DNA of 64,000 nucleotides from Amoebidium appalachense (GCA_963693365.1 CAVNZM010000012.1:1-64000), one strand, 5' to 3'. Counted from the first letter of the stretch, positions 20,493-39,590 are shown. The notes: generated by a model from the letters alone, not told the origin. Translations and numbers: made by a program.

Positions 20493-21795
20493 ATGGCCGC
20501 CACCAGCCTCGTGGAGGGCTGTGTCTTCTGCAAAATAGCAGCCGGCCAGGACCCCACAACCCAAATACTCAAACAGGTGCGTGGTCTAGGGTGCCCACAA
20601 CATAAAATACTCTGCCGCTTTATGGGGGTGTGCAGCCGCACCGCAGTGCGTCTATTGCTGATACTTACCCTGCAGACCGAGCACTGCGTGGTGTTCCGCG
20701 ACATCCACCCTGCTGCGGCCCACCACTACCTGGCCGTGCCCAAGCAGCACATCACAGACGCAAGGGCCCTGCAGCCCAGCCACATAGCCCTGGGTGCGGC
20801 CCTGCCTGCGTGGGGGTTGGGGTGGGCCCAGGCAGGTGCTGACAGGGGGGGGGGCAGTCGAAGAGCTGCAGCGTGTGGCTGTGGAGGTGGTGCGCGAGCA
20901 GGGTGGGCCCACAGACGACCTCAGGTGGGTGCCCCGACTGGTACTACCCACAGTCACATAGACCACCCCACGTGAACTAGTTCTCCGTTACGCCAGGCAG
21001 CAGAATAAGTAACCGTCTGGCATGTGTTATCGTTTGCATGACTGGCATTTGATCTGTCATCGGACAAAATGCACAAACACAGGTGCATACAAGTAGAGTC
21101 AGAACAAACTACAGCCTGGGCCAGAAGAGAGGTGTGCACACACGCTGTTGAACACGAGATTCTGCATACACCTACACACACATACACACATACACACACA
21201 TCCGCACGTGCTTGCGCGCGAACACACACACGCACAAACACGTGCAGACACACACAATTACACACACACTCACACCCACTTGAGGCCCGTGCACACACGT
21301 GCATATTAGCAACTCCTGCCTGGGTGGTGAGGGAGGTTGGTGAGTGACGTTCTGCAGGTTGCTTACTTCATACGGATCCATTGATGTATGCCTGGGCTTG
21401 GATGCTATTCTTGGTATATGGGTAGGTGGGCGGCTGGTGGTAAAAGAGAACTCATCAGTTGTCGGTTGTTGACATGAATGGGGCACTCGTAGGTGTAAGT
21501 GGGTTTTACATGCGCAAGCGTTGTCAGTGTTAGTGAAAATTCATTTGAGTGCTATGCCAGGCTCAGTGGCTGTGCCCTGTATCCTTGCGCCTACAGTGTA
21601 TCTGCTAACACCTGCTGCAGGCTGGGGTTCCACTGGCCGCCACTGGTGCTGATAGGCCACCTGCACCTGCACGCCATAGCCCCCGCCTCGAGCCTTTCCT
21701 TCCCCCGCAGCCTGCTGTTCAGGCCCACCGACTTTCTCTTTGTCAGCCCAAAGTGGGTGCTGGACGACCTCAGGGCCAGGCCCGCTGCCTCGTAG
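20493..21795 (+). CDS. HINT3: Histidine triad nucleotide-binding protein, HINT3-like
   Basis: Exons 20493-20576, 20676-20793, 20858-20924, 21621-21795. Motifs CVFCKI, FRDIHPAAAHHYLAVPKQHI, LGFHWPP...HLHLHAIAP. Confidence 0.9.
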
Positions 21796-22428
21796 CACCG
21801 TGGAGCCTTAGGGCCTCTGGCTGAAAGGGCTTCACTGCGCAGCAAGGAGGGATATTTATAGACAGCAAGCGGCACTGCCTAGCCCTAGCCTAATTAGACG
21901 CAATATGCACGGCACGCTGTCACTGAAGCCGGTGTACGGTACGGTCGACAGGCCATGAGTTCCCCCTGCTTTGCAATGGTGCATGGCCACGGGGAGCAAG
22001 CCCGCTTAGTCCAGCCTCCGCACTACGCCAGCACAGCTCACTGATCGAGCTATGTGCTGTGAAGTAGAGCGTGGCGATCCACTTTCTTCATGAGCCATCT
22101 ATAAATAAACTTCAGATCTATAAATAGCCTGGTGCGCTCATCTGGCTATGCATGTGCTGCACAGCCAGCTGTTCGGTGTGCGCTTACAAAGTGACGCGCA
22201 GCAAGCAGCAAGTATACGTAGGGCTCCCTTTCGCGTTACACACACTCCCGCACTCAACTCGCACTCGCACGTAGAGGTAGGGTTCGGAGTTAGTAGAGGC
22301 TAGCAAAGGCGCCAATACAGGGCTGTAGGCAGTTTTTTTCTTTCCAGTGCCGGCACAGACGCATCCTCCTTTTGGCCCAACATCAGAGGGTCCCCTAGCC
22401 ACACCCCCAGCCCCCCCCTGCACCCGCC

Positions 22429-22586
22429 ATGTTGCACAGGTGGCTGGCCGCCGCCGTGCCGGCCAAAAGGGCTGGCACGGCACTACAGCTCCTGGCACGC
22501 CACACAGCACAGGTAGGGCCCAGTCGTGTGTGTGCACTTTGCGCCCACTGTTGCTTGGGGGGAGAGGTGGGGGGAAGGGAGGGGGA

Positions 22587-22620
<34 letters not shown>

Positions 22621-22924
22621 GTGAGGGGGAGGTTCCATCGCTCTCTCCCTCCTGTTCCGATCTCGCTCTCTACCTGTTAGACTGTAACTAGGTGTCTCTA
22701 TTTCCCTCTTTCCTTCCATCGCCTTTGCCTCTCCGCCTTCTTCTCCCTCCCCTTCTATTCGGCTTGGACCTGTGTCTGTCTCCACGTTGACCTAAACGTG
22801 GGTTGCCTTTTTGACCGGCTGCTGCCCATGCACGCGCGTTGGTTACGGACTTTTCATGTGTTGATTGGCCGTACCTACTTTTCCTTGCCCTCCCCAGATG
22901 TGTACGTGTGTGTGTGTGTGTGTG

Positions 22925-22978
<54 letters not shown>

Positions 22979-24545
22979 TACACTCAAGTTCGTTGCGCTT
23001 CACGCACACACACACACACACAGGCAAGTCATTGCCCCTCCTTCCATGTCCGTCTCTTTTTTGCTTGGTCTCTTTTTTACTTGGTTTCTTTTTTGCTTGG
23101 CTGTTTGTGCGAGTTGGCTTTATGCTTCAAAGGGCCTGGAGTTTCTTGGCAATTGATTATGGGCAGAGTCGAATTACTGGTAGGGGCTTGCCTTGTGTGC
23201 AGGGTAATTGCGCACGATAAAGGGAGAGAGGAATGTAACAGAACAGAATTGTTTCGGATAAGAGGGTGCTCAATACGCTTAGTTTTTGTCTGTGGGAGGC
23301 TAGGCAGTAGGAGAGGGTGAACTCTGCTAAGGTTGGAGGGGGAGAGAGGAGCGCGTGCGCCGGGGGGAAGGGGGGGTCAGGGAGGCAGGGGGATCGGGGG
23401 GAGAGTAACCGTGGATGAATGGGTTCTCGCTAGAAGGAAGCAAGGAACGTGTTTGGGGGGGGAGGGGGGGGGGGGGGGGGGGGGGGGGCAGGGCTTGTGT
23501 GTGTGTGGTTGGGTGTGTGTGTGCATGTGTGTGGGTGTGTATGTGTGTATGTGTGTGTGTGTGTGTGTGTGTTTAATTGGGGCGGAGCAGGGGGGGGAGG
23601 GGGGGGGGGGGGGGGGGAATATGTGGGTGGGTGGGAGAGGGGAGGGGGGGGGGGGGGGGGGCTGGGATGCTGACAAAATTATGGGGGGCTGTTGCTGTTT
23701 GTAAGGTAGAGAGAAGGCTGGGTGGGAACGGGCTGTGCCTAGAGAATCTGCGTCACTCCCCCCCTCCCCCCCCAAATGACTTGGGCCCCCCCTGACTGCT
23801 TCTTTTGCATACTCTCTATTTGTGGCTTGCACTCTGCATTGTGTTGTTTGCGTTGATGTGTCGTCCGTTATAACTGTTTGCTTGTCTTTAACACATACCA
23901 ACCCCCCATACCTACATGGGTTAAGCTCGGGTGCTGTGGGTGACTTTAACCCACACTGAGGATGGGCTCTGCTCATTATGCATACTCTTTATGTGTGGTT
24001 TGCATTACTCCTTGTGTTATTGGTTGTGAATGTGCACTCTGTCTATTGCATTCTAACCCACCCATATACACATGCACACACGCGTCCATGCCCTCCCCTT
24101 GGCATTTTTTTCCCACTTGCCCGCCTCTGGTTGTATCGTTCTAATCCACCAATTGAGTTGTGGCTGTGTTTGCTCTCCTCGTGTGCCCTAGGCTTGATGC
24201 GATGCAGCCAGTGTAATCTGTATGGTTGCCCTGTGCCGAGTGCACGCAGACAGATATTTGCTATATGGGCTGGGCCATGCACGTGCCCACCCTCTGCAGC
24301 AGGTGTGTGCCCTGTCTGTGTGTTTGTTGTATGCATCTGGGTGTGTGTGTGTTCCCAACCACCTTGGTCATTGTGTTGTTGTTTGGACTTTCTTAACGTG
24401 TGCTGTAATCTGACACCTCCCCCCCCCTCTCTCTACCTCTTGCATACAAACACACGAACACGTACACACATACACACGTGCACAAAATCATACACACTTG
24501 CCCCTTCCCCCCTTCCCCACTCCCCCCTCCCCCCCTCCCCCGGGC

Positions 24546-24596
<51 letters not shown>

Positions 24597-26547
24597 GCCG
24601 GCACATGAGCACGCAAGCTGAGGCCGCTAGCCCCATAGAGTTCAAGACCCTGCAGGTGTCCTCCCACATCCACACCAAACTGCACCGTGTCAATCCAGCC
24701 ATCCGCATGCCGGCACCAGTCCAGGCTGCAGCAATCCCGGCCATCCTGGACCACAGACGGCCCGATGTGCTCATACAGAGCCCGGCAGGTGTGTGCTGTG
24801 TGTGCAGGGGGGGGGGGGGGGGGGGGGGGACCTGTGAGGGGGTGTGCACGTGTGCCCACAATATGCCCTCGGTCTTCCTCCTCCCCCTTCCCCCCCCCCC
24901 CCCCCCCCCCCCCCCCCATCCACCCTCCCCCAGGATGGGCTCTGCTTGCTATGCATACTTTTGTATGTGTGGTTTGCACTCTTCATCGTGTTGTCCGTTG
25001 TTTATGTGTACTTCGTGCTTTATAGCGCAGTCAACCATCTCCCCCCCCCCCCCCCCCCCCTCCCCTCCCCTCCCCCCTCCTCCCCCCACACACACCCAAA
25101 AGAAAAATTCCTCTGCCATCTTGCCGACACTTTCTCAGTTAGCCACGTGCCACCCCAAGCCACGTGCACGTATGGGGGGTGCACGCCTACAGGCATGCCA
25201 CATGCAAGGTCCAGATGCAGACATGCATGGCACAGTACATGGCAGACACACACATGCACTGGCTAATAATAGTACATATGGGCACACTCGTATGAGACGA
25301 TTTACACACTCACACAAACACACACGCACACACATACTATATAAACACACACACACACACACTCTCTCTCTCTCTCTCTCTCTTCTCATCACGGTGTGCA
25401 TGGTCACATTCACACATTAAAAAGTACATGGGCCTGCGTCCGTCGCACACATGCAAGCACACACACGTGCACAAGTACACATGGGTGCTCACACATCTGC
25501 ACGTACAGGCCCATGGCAATGCACACACTATTCAAACATGGTTAGTAGTTTGCTTCTATACATACGGGCTGTCGTTGCCACACACATTCAGTGAGCACAT
25601 ACATCAGGCAGCTAACGCATGTACCCTCCAGGCACAGGCAAGACACTGGCCTACCTGCTACCACTCCTGAGCACCATCGACCCCAAGCAATCCACCCTGC
25701 AGGCCATCATAGTGGTGCCCACCAGGGAGCTGGCCAAGCAGGTCGAGACCGTGGCCAGGCCACTGGTGGCTGGGGGCAGCAGCAGCTACAGGGCACAGCC
25801 CATCCACGTCATGAGGGTCTGCACACGCCCTAATTCGGCAATGGCACGTGCCATAGAACACAAGCCCCCCCATGTGCTGGTGGGCACGGCCCACTGCCTG
25901 GCACATCTTGTGAGTGTCGGGGCGCTGGATGTGCTCTCTGTTAAGATGCTGGTGCTGGACGAGGTGGGCACACTGCTGGAGCCCTTCATGGCCCCCCTGA
26001 CTGGGGCATTGGTGGCTGACCACAAGGATATTGCCGCAAGGTATGTGCATGCGTGTGTGTGTGTAGGGGGGGGGGGGGGGGGATTGCGTGGGGGTGGCTG
26101 GGGTTGGGTGGGTGTGGGAAGAGGGGAGGGGGGGGGGGGGGGGGGGGGGATTTGTGCCGTGCATGGCCAGGGCACAGTCTCTGTGTGCTGCCTCTGGGCA
26201 GTGCCGTCTCTCTCTTTTCTTCTCTCTCTCTCTCTCTCTCTCCCCCCCCCCCCCCCCCCCCCCCCCCCTTTCCCTGCGTCCTGAATGTGCGCTCCGTTTT
26301 CCGCAATGCTAAAACGCTCTAACACACACTCGCATGCAATCACTTATTCAAATGCACCCGCACAGTCATACACTTGCTCATGTGCATGCCACCACCACCA
26401 CCACGATAGTTGCCCCAGGGCAGGCAGGCACTCATCACGCACCCACAGCCACCTTTTCTGTCCTCCACGCATTAACCCAGCATGGCCTGGTTTGCATTTT
26501 TGGCTGCCAACAGCAAATGCCTTGTGTTTGTCGTGTTAGGTCACACA

Positions 26548-26597
<50 letters not shown>

Positions 26598-27637
26598 CGC
26601 GTAGACATATTCATCAAACCCCTCACATTATCTCTTTACACCCTACTGCCCTCTCAGCCCACTACCTCATAGCCTGTCCATGTGTTGCCCTACACTCCCT
26701 CATCTCACCCACCTACACTACCCTTGATATCTTATACCCCTACCCACACTCACCCATGTTCACCCCCAGGACTGGACGGCAGCTCATAGCCGTAGGAGCC
26801 TATGTGCCGCCCTCAGTAGAGACCTACCTGGCCAACCACAGCACCAGCCTGCAGCACATAGCCATGGATGGGCCCTCCAGGCTCAGGCCAGACCAGTCAG
26901 TCAATGCCCTCAGGGCGCTGCCCAAGCACACGACCCACTACGTGCTGCACACCTTCAAGCCCACACCCACTGATGCCCAGGGCAAGGCCCGCCTTCTTCG
27001 TCAGGTGCTATCAGCCTTCCAGCCCAAGGGCAGTGTGCTGGCCTACGTCAACAAGAGCGACGTACTTGAAGCTACAGCCAACAACATGCGCATCCACAAC
27101 TACACGTGCAGTGCGCTGCACAACCAGACCAAGGCCGCACGCAGGCAGGGCATCCTGGACCAGGTGGGCAAGCACAGGGGCAAGCCCAGCGGCATGGCCT
27201 GGGCCACCCCCGTGCTACTGTCCACTGAGATGACGTCATACGGCCTGCACCTGGATGCACTGAGTCACGTGGTCAACATCGACCACCCCCGGGACCGCAT
27301 GAGCTATGCCCTGAGGGCTGGCAGGGTCGGGCGGCTGCGCAGGCTGGAGCCAGCAGGGGAGGGGCAGGAGGCCAATATGGTGCATGCGGAGGGCACGGTG
27401 GTGACCATCATGCCCCCTGATGCCACATTGCTCGATAGGGCCGTGTCGTGGCTCCGAGACCTCAACATCAGCCCCGTGCATGTCAAGTTGGTGGGGGGCA
27501 AGATAGTGCCCCTGGATGGCAGTGACTACGGTCAGGTGTGGAATAGGCAGAGGGCGGGGGGTAGGGCCAGCCAGGTAGAGGTGACGGGGGAGGATGTGGC
27601 TAGGTTGGTGGAGACAGGTGTGCCCCCAAGTGCTTAG
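22429..27637 (+). CDS. DEAD-box RNA helicase-like protein with degenerate motifs and probable mitochondrial presequence
   Basis: Exons 22429-22512, 24596-24788, 25632-26040, 26770-27637. Q motif PAPVQAAAIP, SPAGTGKT, PTRELAKQ, LVLDEVG, VGAY, STEMTSYGLHL, YALRAGRVGR. N-terminus is basic, Ala/Leu-rich and acid-free. Confidence 0.85.
23783..25037 (+). repeat. Three copies of a ~100 bp dispersed intronic repeat (~23783-23880, 23956-24050, 24932-25037)
   Basis: Shared core aggatgggctctgct...tatgcatact...tgtggYttgca...gtgtt; a fourth copy lies at 45859-45975. Confidence 0.8.
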
Positions 27638-27785
27638 GTGGTGAACATACATAAACAAAAAAATCGTATATGTGAAAGGCTGGATGCAGGGTTATTGTAG
27701 TTTTTAGCTGGGTTCTCTATTAGACTCTGGAACCTTTGTACATGGCCATATAAGCAAGAAGCGGCCTCGGTTGCATATGCACACA

Positions 27786-27825
<40 letters not shown>

Positions 27826-28049
27826 TTGTGGCCTGGGTTGTACATTCATGCAAATGAATTTATCGTGCACCACGGCATTAAGGTTATGCTGCCCAAACAA
27901 TAGTTTGGTGCTGTGTTATTTTTCACAAGGCACATTTCCGATTTGTACTTTTTTAATTCTGTATGTTTGTGTTGCCACCACACATTTCGCAAACCTGTGG
28001 GTGGGTGGTCTGCTGTGGGCTGTTTTGGGTATGACCCCAGCTGGGCTGG

Positions 28050-29430
28050 TGTGCGGATAAGTGACGTAGAATACCGACCACCCCTAGCAACTCTATATGT
28101 GAAGAACCCCCCCGAAACGTAGAGCCCCCCCTTTTATACTGCCGTCTTTATTGTGACGGGGGGGGGGGGGTTTCCTTCACACAAACACAAACCAAACACG
28201 TGTCCCCGGTGTCGAGGCCATCCCGTTCATTACGTTGTTACATGGTAACAGGGTAGGAAGGTCTCCCTTTGTGGTGCCCAGTACGCTTCCCACGTTTTTT
28301 GCAGGGGGCCCGCACGGTGAGACCATCTGCGCAAACACACAGATTCACGCGAATTCAAACTGGATAGCCCGCTACAACACCACATTCCACATATCAACTT
28401 GACCGCGTAACCAAAACCTCACGTCTAGCCCACACACTACGAAGCAATCAAAAGAAAGCCCAAAATAGTTCACATGGACCACATCGGATTGCTAAGATAA
28501 CCATCGATCGGATACACAACGGATTCCCCCCGACCTACGAACATTTGTCGTCAACATGGCAGCTGCAGCTCAAGCTATCACCGAGCTGTCGACAACGCTG
28601 CGGGCTATGCAGCTAGCACAGGCCCCACCTGCAGCACTCCCGAAGTACGAAACGAGCCAGAATGCCGCGCTGTGGATTGAGTCGTTCGAGCAGGCGACTA
28701 GCGGAGCAGCCTATGCAGGCAACCACCGCCACACTATGCTCCCACAGTGTCTAGGCACCACCGCCACCCCATTGTTCCACAGCACCATTCAACCACGCTT
28801 GCTGCTGGGACACTACAGCAACAACTGGCCCCTGCTGAAACAAGACTTCCTCGACGTTTTCCACGACCTTATCCGTCAAAAACAGTATAAGTCGGCCTTT
28901 AAGGGCTTCAAATACGACCCCACGATCGACAACCCCAGACATGGACACAGGCGTTCGAGCTGGCAGCCCACACGGTGGACGTCAACATGAACGACGGCAA
29001 AAAGCTCAAACACGGGCGCCGGCTGTTCAGCGAAGCCGGCACCGACTGCGCCAACTTTGCCCTGCTGTGGCAGACATGGGCGCAAGCACGTTCGATGCTT
29101 CTCAACCCGGAGCTGACCGCACACCTCCCGGGCGTGAGCAATGCGTTCGCCCGTCCCACCGGCGCCGCCCCGGCACTGTTTAACGTCAACACTAACCCAA
29201 CCTCCAACCCTACCACCCACCCCCACTACCCTCCTCCCACCAACCCGACCTACCGCCCCCCTCAAACCAACCCCTACCATCCCCTTCCCCCCCAACCGGC
29301 CCCCAACAGGATGCCCCCCTTCCCCTACCAGACCTACCCTCACTTCCCCCAGTACCCCGCCTACCCCCCCATTTTCAACGTCCAAACCCCTCTCCTCCCC
29401 CCCCCTACCAGACCCACCCTACCCGAGCGC
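28050..29430 (+). mobile_element. Truncated Ty3/gypsy-like LTR retrotransposon: LTR 3' end, PBS and frameshifted gag
   Basis: ...TTACA (28242) is followed immediately by the PBS-like TGGTAACAGGGTAGG. Gag from ATG 28556 has capsid-like PKYE..W..FE and W..LK..FL..F, a frameshift in the C-run at ~28934, a second lobe FKYDP..NP.TW..FE and a Pro-rich tail. No pol; LTR start approximate. Confidence 0.7.
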
Positions 29431-30365
29431 CTGGAGGTCGCCCCCCTTGCAGCATCTGTGTCGGGCGCGGCCAGACTAAGAGGGCCGCCATATTGCCAAA
29501 TATGGCACTCGCAAATGTATAACACCTAAATACATATTACCTTCCTGTAGAACTGGTCTTTCTCTAGCTGATGGTATTATTGATCACTTACCACGCTTTT
29601 ACTGTACACGTGCTATACAGTGGAGATCTAATAAGTATAAGGTGACATCGTTTACATGCCCAAACAACACACACACACACCAGTTTAAACGATCATGTAT
29701 CGCCAAATGTAGCTTGATAGACCACTTATAACACACACGACACATTCACAACAGACGTCGACACCCAGAAAGATAGCCGTGACCTGAAAATTACAACATC
29801 CTTGATTTTATACTAAACAGATGCCTATGACCTGTTTATTAGATGTCGGATTGGGTTGAGAATCACATCCTTGCAAATTTCTAGCACACACACACACACA
29901 CACACACACACCAGCTGATACCGAGTGTCCCAGGGGAGCCCTCTAAAAAAAAAAAAAAAAACGGGGAACCCAACTAATTGGTTTTCTTAGTCTTTATGGT
30001 GCCTCGTAGAGAAAGGGGCCCTGATAAGTATAATCAACACCCGACATCTATGTACTTGATCATGATATACCGCTAGTGAGGGGTTATTCCGGGCAAAAAA
30101 CCTCCCCATACCTAAGACTGGTCTCTCTTTGCCTCGAGTAAACAGCGTAAACCCCGTGTACATATATCATGCATATGGGGCACATGTTGTGTTTCCGGAT
30201 TGGCCGGAGGGAGCGGCCAATAAACTGCAATGATCCCCATCAAGGGCCCTTAAGTACGTACGTGTGACCAATAACTTCCATTCAATCATGTATACAATGC
30301 TTACACAGGCCCCCGTGTCGATGTCACATGATATGCGGCTCAAAACTTGTACGCACTTTCCTGCA

Positions 30366-30413
<48 letters not shown>

Positions 30414-32130
30414 AGCTCCCCAGTACACACACAGGCATTAGTAGCTGTGAGCACACATGCAGTCACGTGTATGTACACGCTCATGCGCATTGCAACGTAC
30501 ATATGTGCACACACACACACACACTGTGATGGCGCCACACATTTATTTGCATTCTCATGTACTTTGTGCGCTTCCATTTATTTGCATATATATACCGACA
30601 CAGAGGCCCACGGTGCTTGCATATATCATAGTTTCAATTGAATACTACTAGTGCACGCAGCCTAACATCGAGCACCGGCACCTTCACCCCATACACGACG
30701 GTACCGCCAATGTATAACCACCATATGTACATACATCCTGCACAGCAGAACATCAAAATAAAACATACATGTGGCTCCAACACATCCCTTTATGTATCTA
30801 TCTGCTGTAGGTTATCACTCCTACAAAATAATACTGTAGGAAATATAAATGGTGCAAAAACAAGAGAATCTACCACAACCCTGCATGCAACTCCTAGGCC
30901 TTAAGATAAAAATAATTGGTGCGCTGGAAAGTCCTACATAGCGTCATGGTACAAATATGACAAACAGAAGTTGAATGTACAACCGCGAAAATAGGCATAA
31001 ACCAAATCCTTTTCAAATATACGAATCAGACATAAAAATTAACATACTTCCCAACAAAACAAATCGTGCCAAAGCATACAGTTAACTTAGAGTCTATGTT
31101 CGAGACAACATGGCGTGCAGTTTAAACATATCCTTTCTTTAAGAAATGAGGAATGTGCGGAGAAAAAAAGGAATGAGCATCACTGACAGTTAACATAAGC
31201 ACACCTCACGCAGCATTCGGTAAATAACCAATAAAATAATAACAAGCAGTTCGCAGAATTTGAAGTGTATGGAGATCCGCAGACACGCCATGGGGTATGA
31301 TAGGGTACCCAGCACACACAGGGCAACAAAATCGGACACCGGGGCTCGTTGCATGCACCCAGCCAGGCCCATGCATATGGCCTCCATGTGGCTACATGCT
31401 GGCACAGGCAAGCCGGCCACCCAGACAGATCCTGTAGGCCCACCCAGTCAGCACAGTCCAGACGTGCAAAAAAAAAAAAAAACGACCGGCACCGCCACTC
31501 ACAATACTACAATAGGGATTGAAAATAAAGTGAACAGCTGCGTAGATGCATGCACAGGCACACCCAAGCATGAACACACAGCCCCGAAATCCACAACCTC
31601 ACGTGATCGCACTATGGCCCAAATTCGACACACGCATACTGCAGCAACATGTGTACACACGCATACTGCAGCAACATGTGTACACACGCATGGGGCCTCC
31701 CATGACGTTGCAAAGCACGAATGCAGCTCAATGCTTATAGAGTGCACGGGCACATGCCCATAGGTCTGTGTGGGTGACTTTAATCGCACAGCTATGGTGC
31801 CTGTGCATCCTGCTAGCAGTGGCTTTGATGTACAGCCTGTCCACACTAAGGAAAATCACCCACAGTCACTGCGTACTGCAATGTAAGAGGGAGCTCGTAT
31901 TATCGTGCAAGCTGGCAGGCAGATAAAGATATATAAGGTGGCCATCACAGGTGTGCACTCCCGTTCGTGAGCCTCGTATATGTCAGTGTGTAATGTGGGG
32001 GGGGGGGGGGGGGGGGGGGGGGGGGAGGGGGGAGGGGGAGGTGTTCATACCCAAGGGCAAGGGTGATGAGATGGGACACAAGAAGTTCGGATGCCACTGT
32101 GGTCACACGCTGCGCACGCATGGCTGGGCC

Positions 32131-32206
<76 letters not shown>

Positions 32207-32629
32207 TGCGTGTGCGTGTGCGTGTGCGTGTGCGTGTGCGTGTGCGTGTGTGCGTGGTGTGTGCATGCGTGTGTGCGTACGTGTGTGTGTGTGTGCGCGC
32301 CTCTGTGTGGGTGTGTGTACATACGCAGGAGTATAAAATACGCTCGTTAGACGTAGTTGTGCTGCAGTCTTGCAACACTCGGACCCAACCTTACGCAGCA
32401 CCAAGCAAGCTAGACGGCACATATGCACAGTGGTGTACAATCAGAATACGGCCAGGCACAAACCACAGCAACCGCCAAACACTAAACAACGTGCATGCAC
32501 AGGGCACTTCGCTGAGTTCACCAAGCAGGGGAATTGAACAAATGGCTTTCGACCAGCCTCACAAAACACTTTCAATTCCCATGCTTTTCTGTGTTTCGAA
32601 ATGAAGGGGCGGGGCCAAGGGATGGGGTG

Positions 32630-32661
<32 letters not shown>

Positions 32662-33105
32662 TTTGGCACGGACTTTTTGGGGTGTGGGGCTGCAGGGGTG
32701 TCCTCGACATCGACAGCAAACAGGTGGCAGCCACGTACATGCGGCACACTGCGGGTAGACAAACAGCCACTGGGCATAGGAAGTGTAAGCATGGCAGTGG
32801 GGTTAAAGGGTGTGCAGGACACTGCGGAACCAATACATAGCACTCATCCATATATCCAAATAACCCATGACACAGCCTAGATTTGAACCATTCACCCCAC
32901 ATAAACCAGTTCCGTACCTATGAATAAACACCTCCCTGCTACGTTTCGCTTATCACCGTTTCAATGCTTTATACTTCTCCACGTATAACCACAGCAAGTC
33001 GAGAGGAAACCCTATCACTTGTAGCTGTACAATTCAACGAATGTGCCCCTACACACTCCCGTGGTGGCCTGCATCGAGTATTACCACGGGACTCTAAGGG
33101 AGCAT

Positions 33106-37288
<4,183 letters not shown>

Positions 37289-39590
37289 TCTGCCTGCCCT
37301 CCTCTTATGCCGGAAATGAAACACTCTGCTGCTGCCAAAGAAGGTGGTCAATGTAACTCCACAACTCTCGTTTGTAAAGGGTCGTCTAAAGCGGTTTCAA
37401 GATCTACTATGCATAGTGCGAATACAGCTGCAGTTAGTGGGTCAAGAATATGTGCCACGTTAAGGACCACCTGTCAGTACCTGCCCTGCAACTAGTAGCA
37501 CGCTATGCCTGTTACTGGGGTAACTATTTCGCTCATCTTCCTTAAGCCAGAGAGCCCCCACTCCTCAACGAATTTATTACGGAGCATACACAGGACCATA
37601 CGAGCCTTCGACGCACACTAAGGAACAGGGAAAGACAAATACCTGCACGCGAAGGTTGGCACGAACGAAGCACTCCTACTGACAGGCTGGATCTTTAAAA
37701 CAGTGTCACTAATTCGTGTGCTGCTGTGTGAAATATGCTGTGGGCTGTCGGTGTGAACTGCCTGTGCAACCCAACTTTTGCTCTCTGTGAGGATTAGGGT
37801 GTGTTGGGCGTTGATGTCTGTCTAACTATGCTGCACAACACGGAGAGAGGAGTCGTTTCCAGAAGTTTCTCTTCTGTATCTTCTGTAGTGGAGCTAAACC
37901 CTAAGCTATTATCTTGACCTTACAGCTGTCACATAGACAATATAAATAACATTGACAGCTAGTATGTAGTGACAGGAGACAACACGAATACTGCTAAATT
38001 GGTGATTGTTGTGATGCAACAAAAAGGGCTTCAAAGTTATCTGTCACACTGATTATCCTGCATATCCATGCTTCGTAAAAATGGTGACGAGATATTTCAT
38101 TTATCTGAATCAATGTAGGTTGTTTATTTGAATATGTGCTGGCTTCTTGCGATCAAAAGGTTCTGAACAAATTTAAACACCGCAATTTATGGAGCATAAC
38201 ATTGCGAATATTGTATTAACAAACTTTGAAGCTATTTTGGGGCAGACACAGAGATAGGAGTTGGCTACAATGTGTGCAACCTGATTCAAAGCTTGAGATA
38301 TAACTACGTGAGATATGCAAATATGATTCTTGGTTAGTTTGATAGTTCCGAGTGTCACTGAAACGTCATACAATGGAATGTGCCGTCATCGTCCTCAGCT
38401 GTTGCGTGATTCCTTCTGTGGTTGATTATTCTGAAAACATACACGACTAGTGTTCATTTTTTGCTCAAACACGTAAATTATGCTCCTGCTCATGTTCTGC
38501 TAAACTTGCAGGCTTTTATATGCATATTTCATGTGCTGCTCTTGCACTTGTTTTGTCTGGCATCAGACAGGGACAAGTAGAAATAATTTGCCTTACCTCT
38601 GAGGGGAAAACGCTAAAATGACTCTAATCAAATAGGATTGATGATTGGGGTTAAAAGCCAATCAGAGCAGGGTTTAAAGGGTCTTCAGTCCAATCACTAG
38701 CAACTTCAAAAAGGAGCTACGGGATGAGCCATCCGTAAGCATCCGTAGGAAGGGTCAACTGCAAGTGACAGTTCCCAACAGACCGTGGTGACGTAAAGTC
38801 CTGTGATAGAGGCCGTATCATGAAGATAAACCTGGTGTGTGCTAAGGCAGCTAATGTTGGACCTTGTGCGTGTCGTGCACCATGAGTGGCTATGCACTGT
38901 GTGCGTATTCTGCTGCCTGGGCGTGCACTGTTTTCTGCAGCTGATGTGCACATGGACGCAGTACTCGAGCTCGGGCACGGTCCAAGTCCCACATTTCTGA
39001 TGTTTTTTCGGGCTCCCCGGCCCGGCCGGAGCACGGGGCTCTGTGGGGAAAGGGGAAGGGGGCCTCGGCAAGTATCGGCAGTGTTAACTCTGTTATTCTA
39101 CAAGGCTTGTCCACTACAGATTGTCGTTGCATTAGGGGTATCTTGGGTTATTTTTAGTAGGGGATCAGGACAGTGCAGCGCTGCGCAACAAGGTTTTTCC
39201 TGCTTCCCCGGCCTTTCCCCAGCTCCCCTACCCTCCTTCCTTTTCCCAAAACTTTAGCTCATCAACAACGGTCAACAAACATTTATACTTGCATATGTTT
39301 AGGAGCTGTGCACCGGTCGGCAGTCACAACTGCAAGCGTAACATGACAGCAAGTTAACCGCTGAACGATGCAGCGCTGCGCCATGCCATGGTCATGAGCG
39401 GACACTTGTGCACATACATAGACGTACATGTAACAAACTTCGCACGATCTCGAAGGTGCTCAAAAACGGATATACACATGAGCTGAATTTCTTTGAGTGC
39501 CCCCTCTACCTCCCCTAGACCACATGGGGAGTGAAATTGGAAGGAATCGAGATCCGAGAGACTAGTCCAGGACCTGAACCAGGGGAAGAA

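Noticed and set aside
29530-31200. pol or 3' LTR of the gag element
   Set aside because: No protease, RT or integrase motifs, and no repeat of the 28050-28242 sequence seen.
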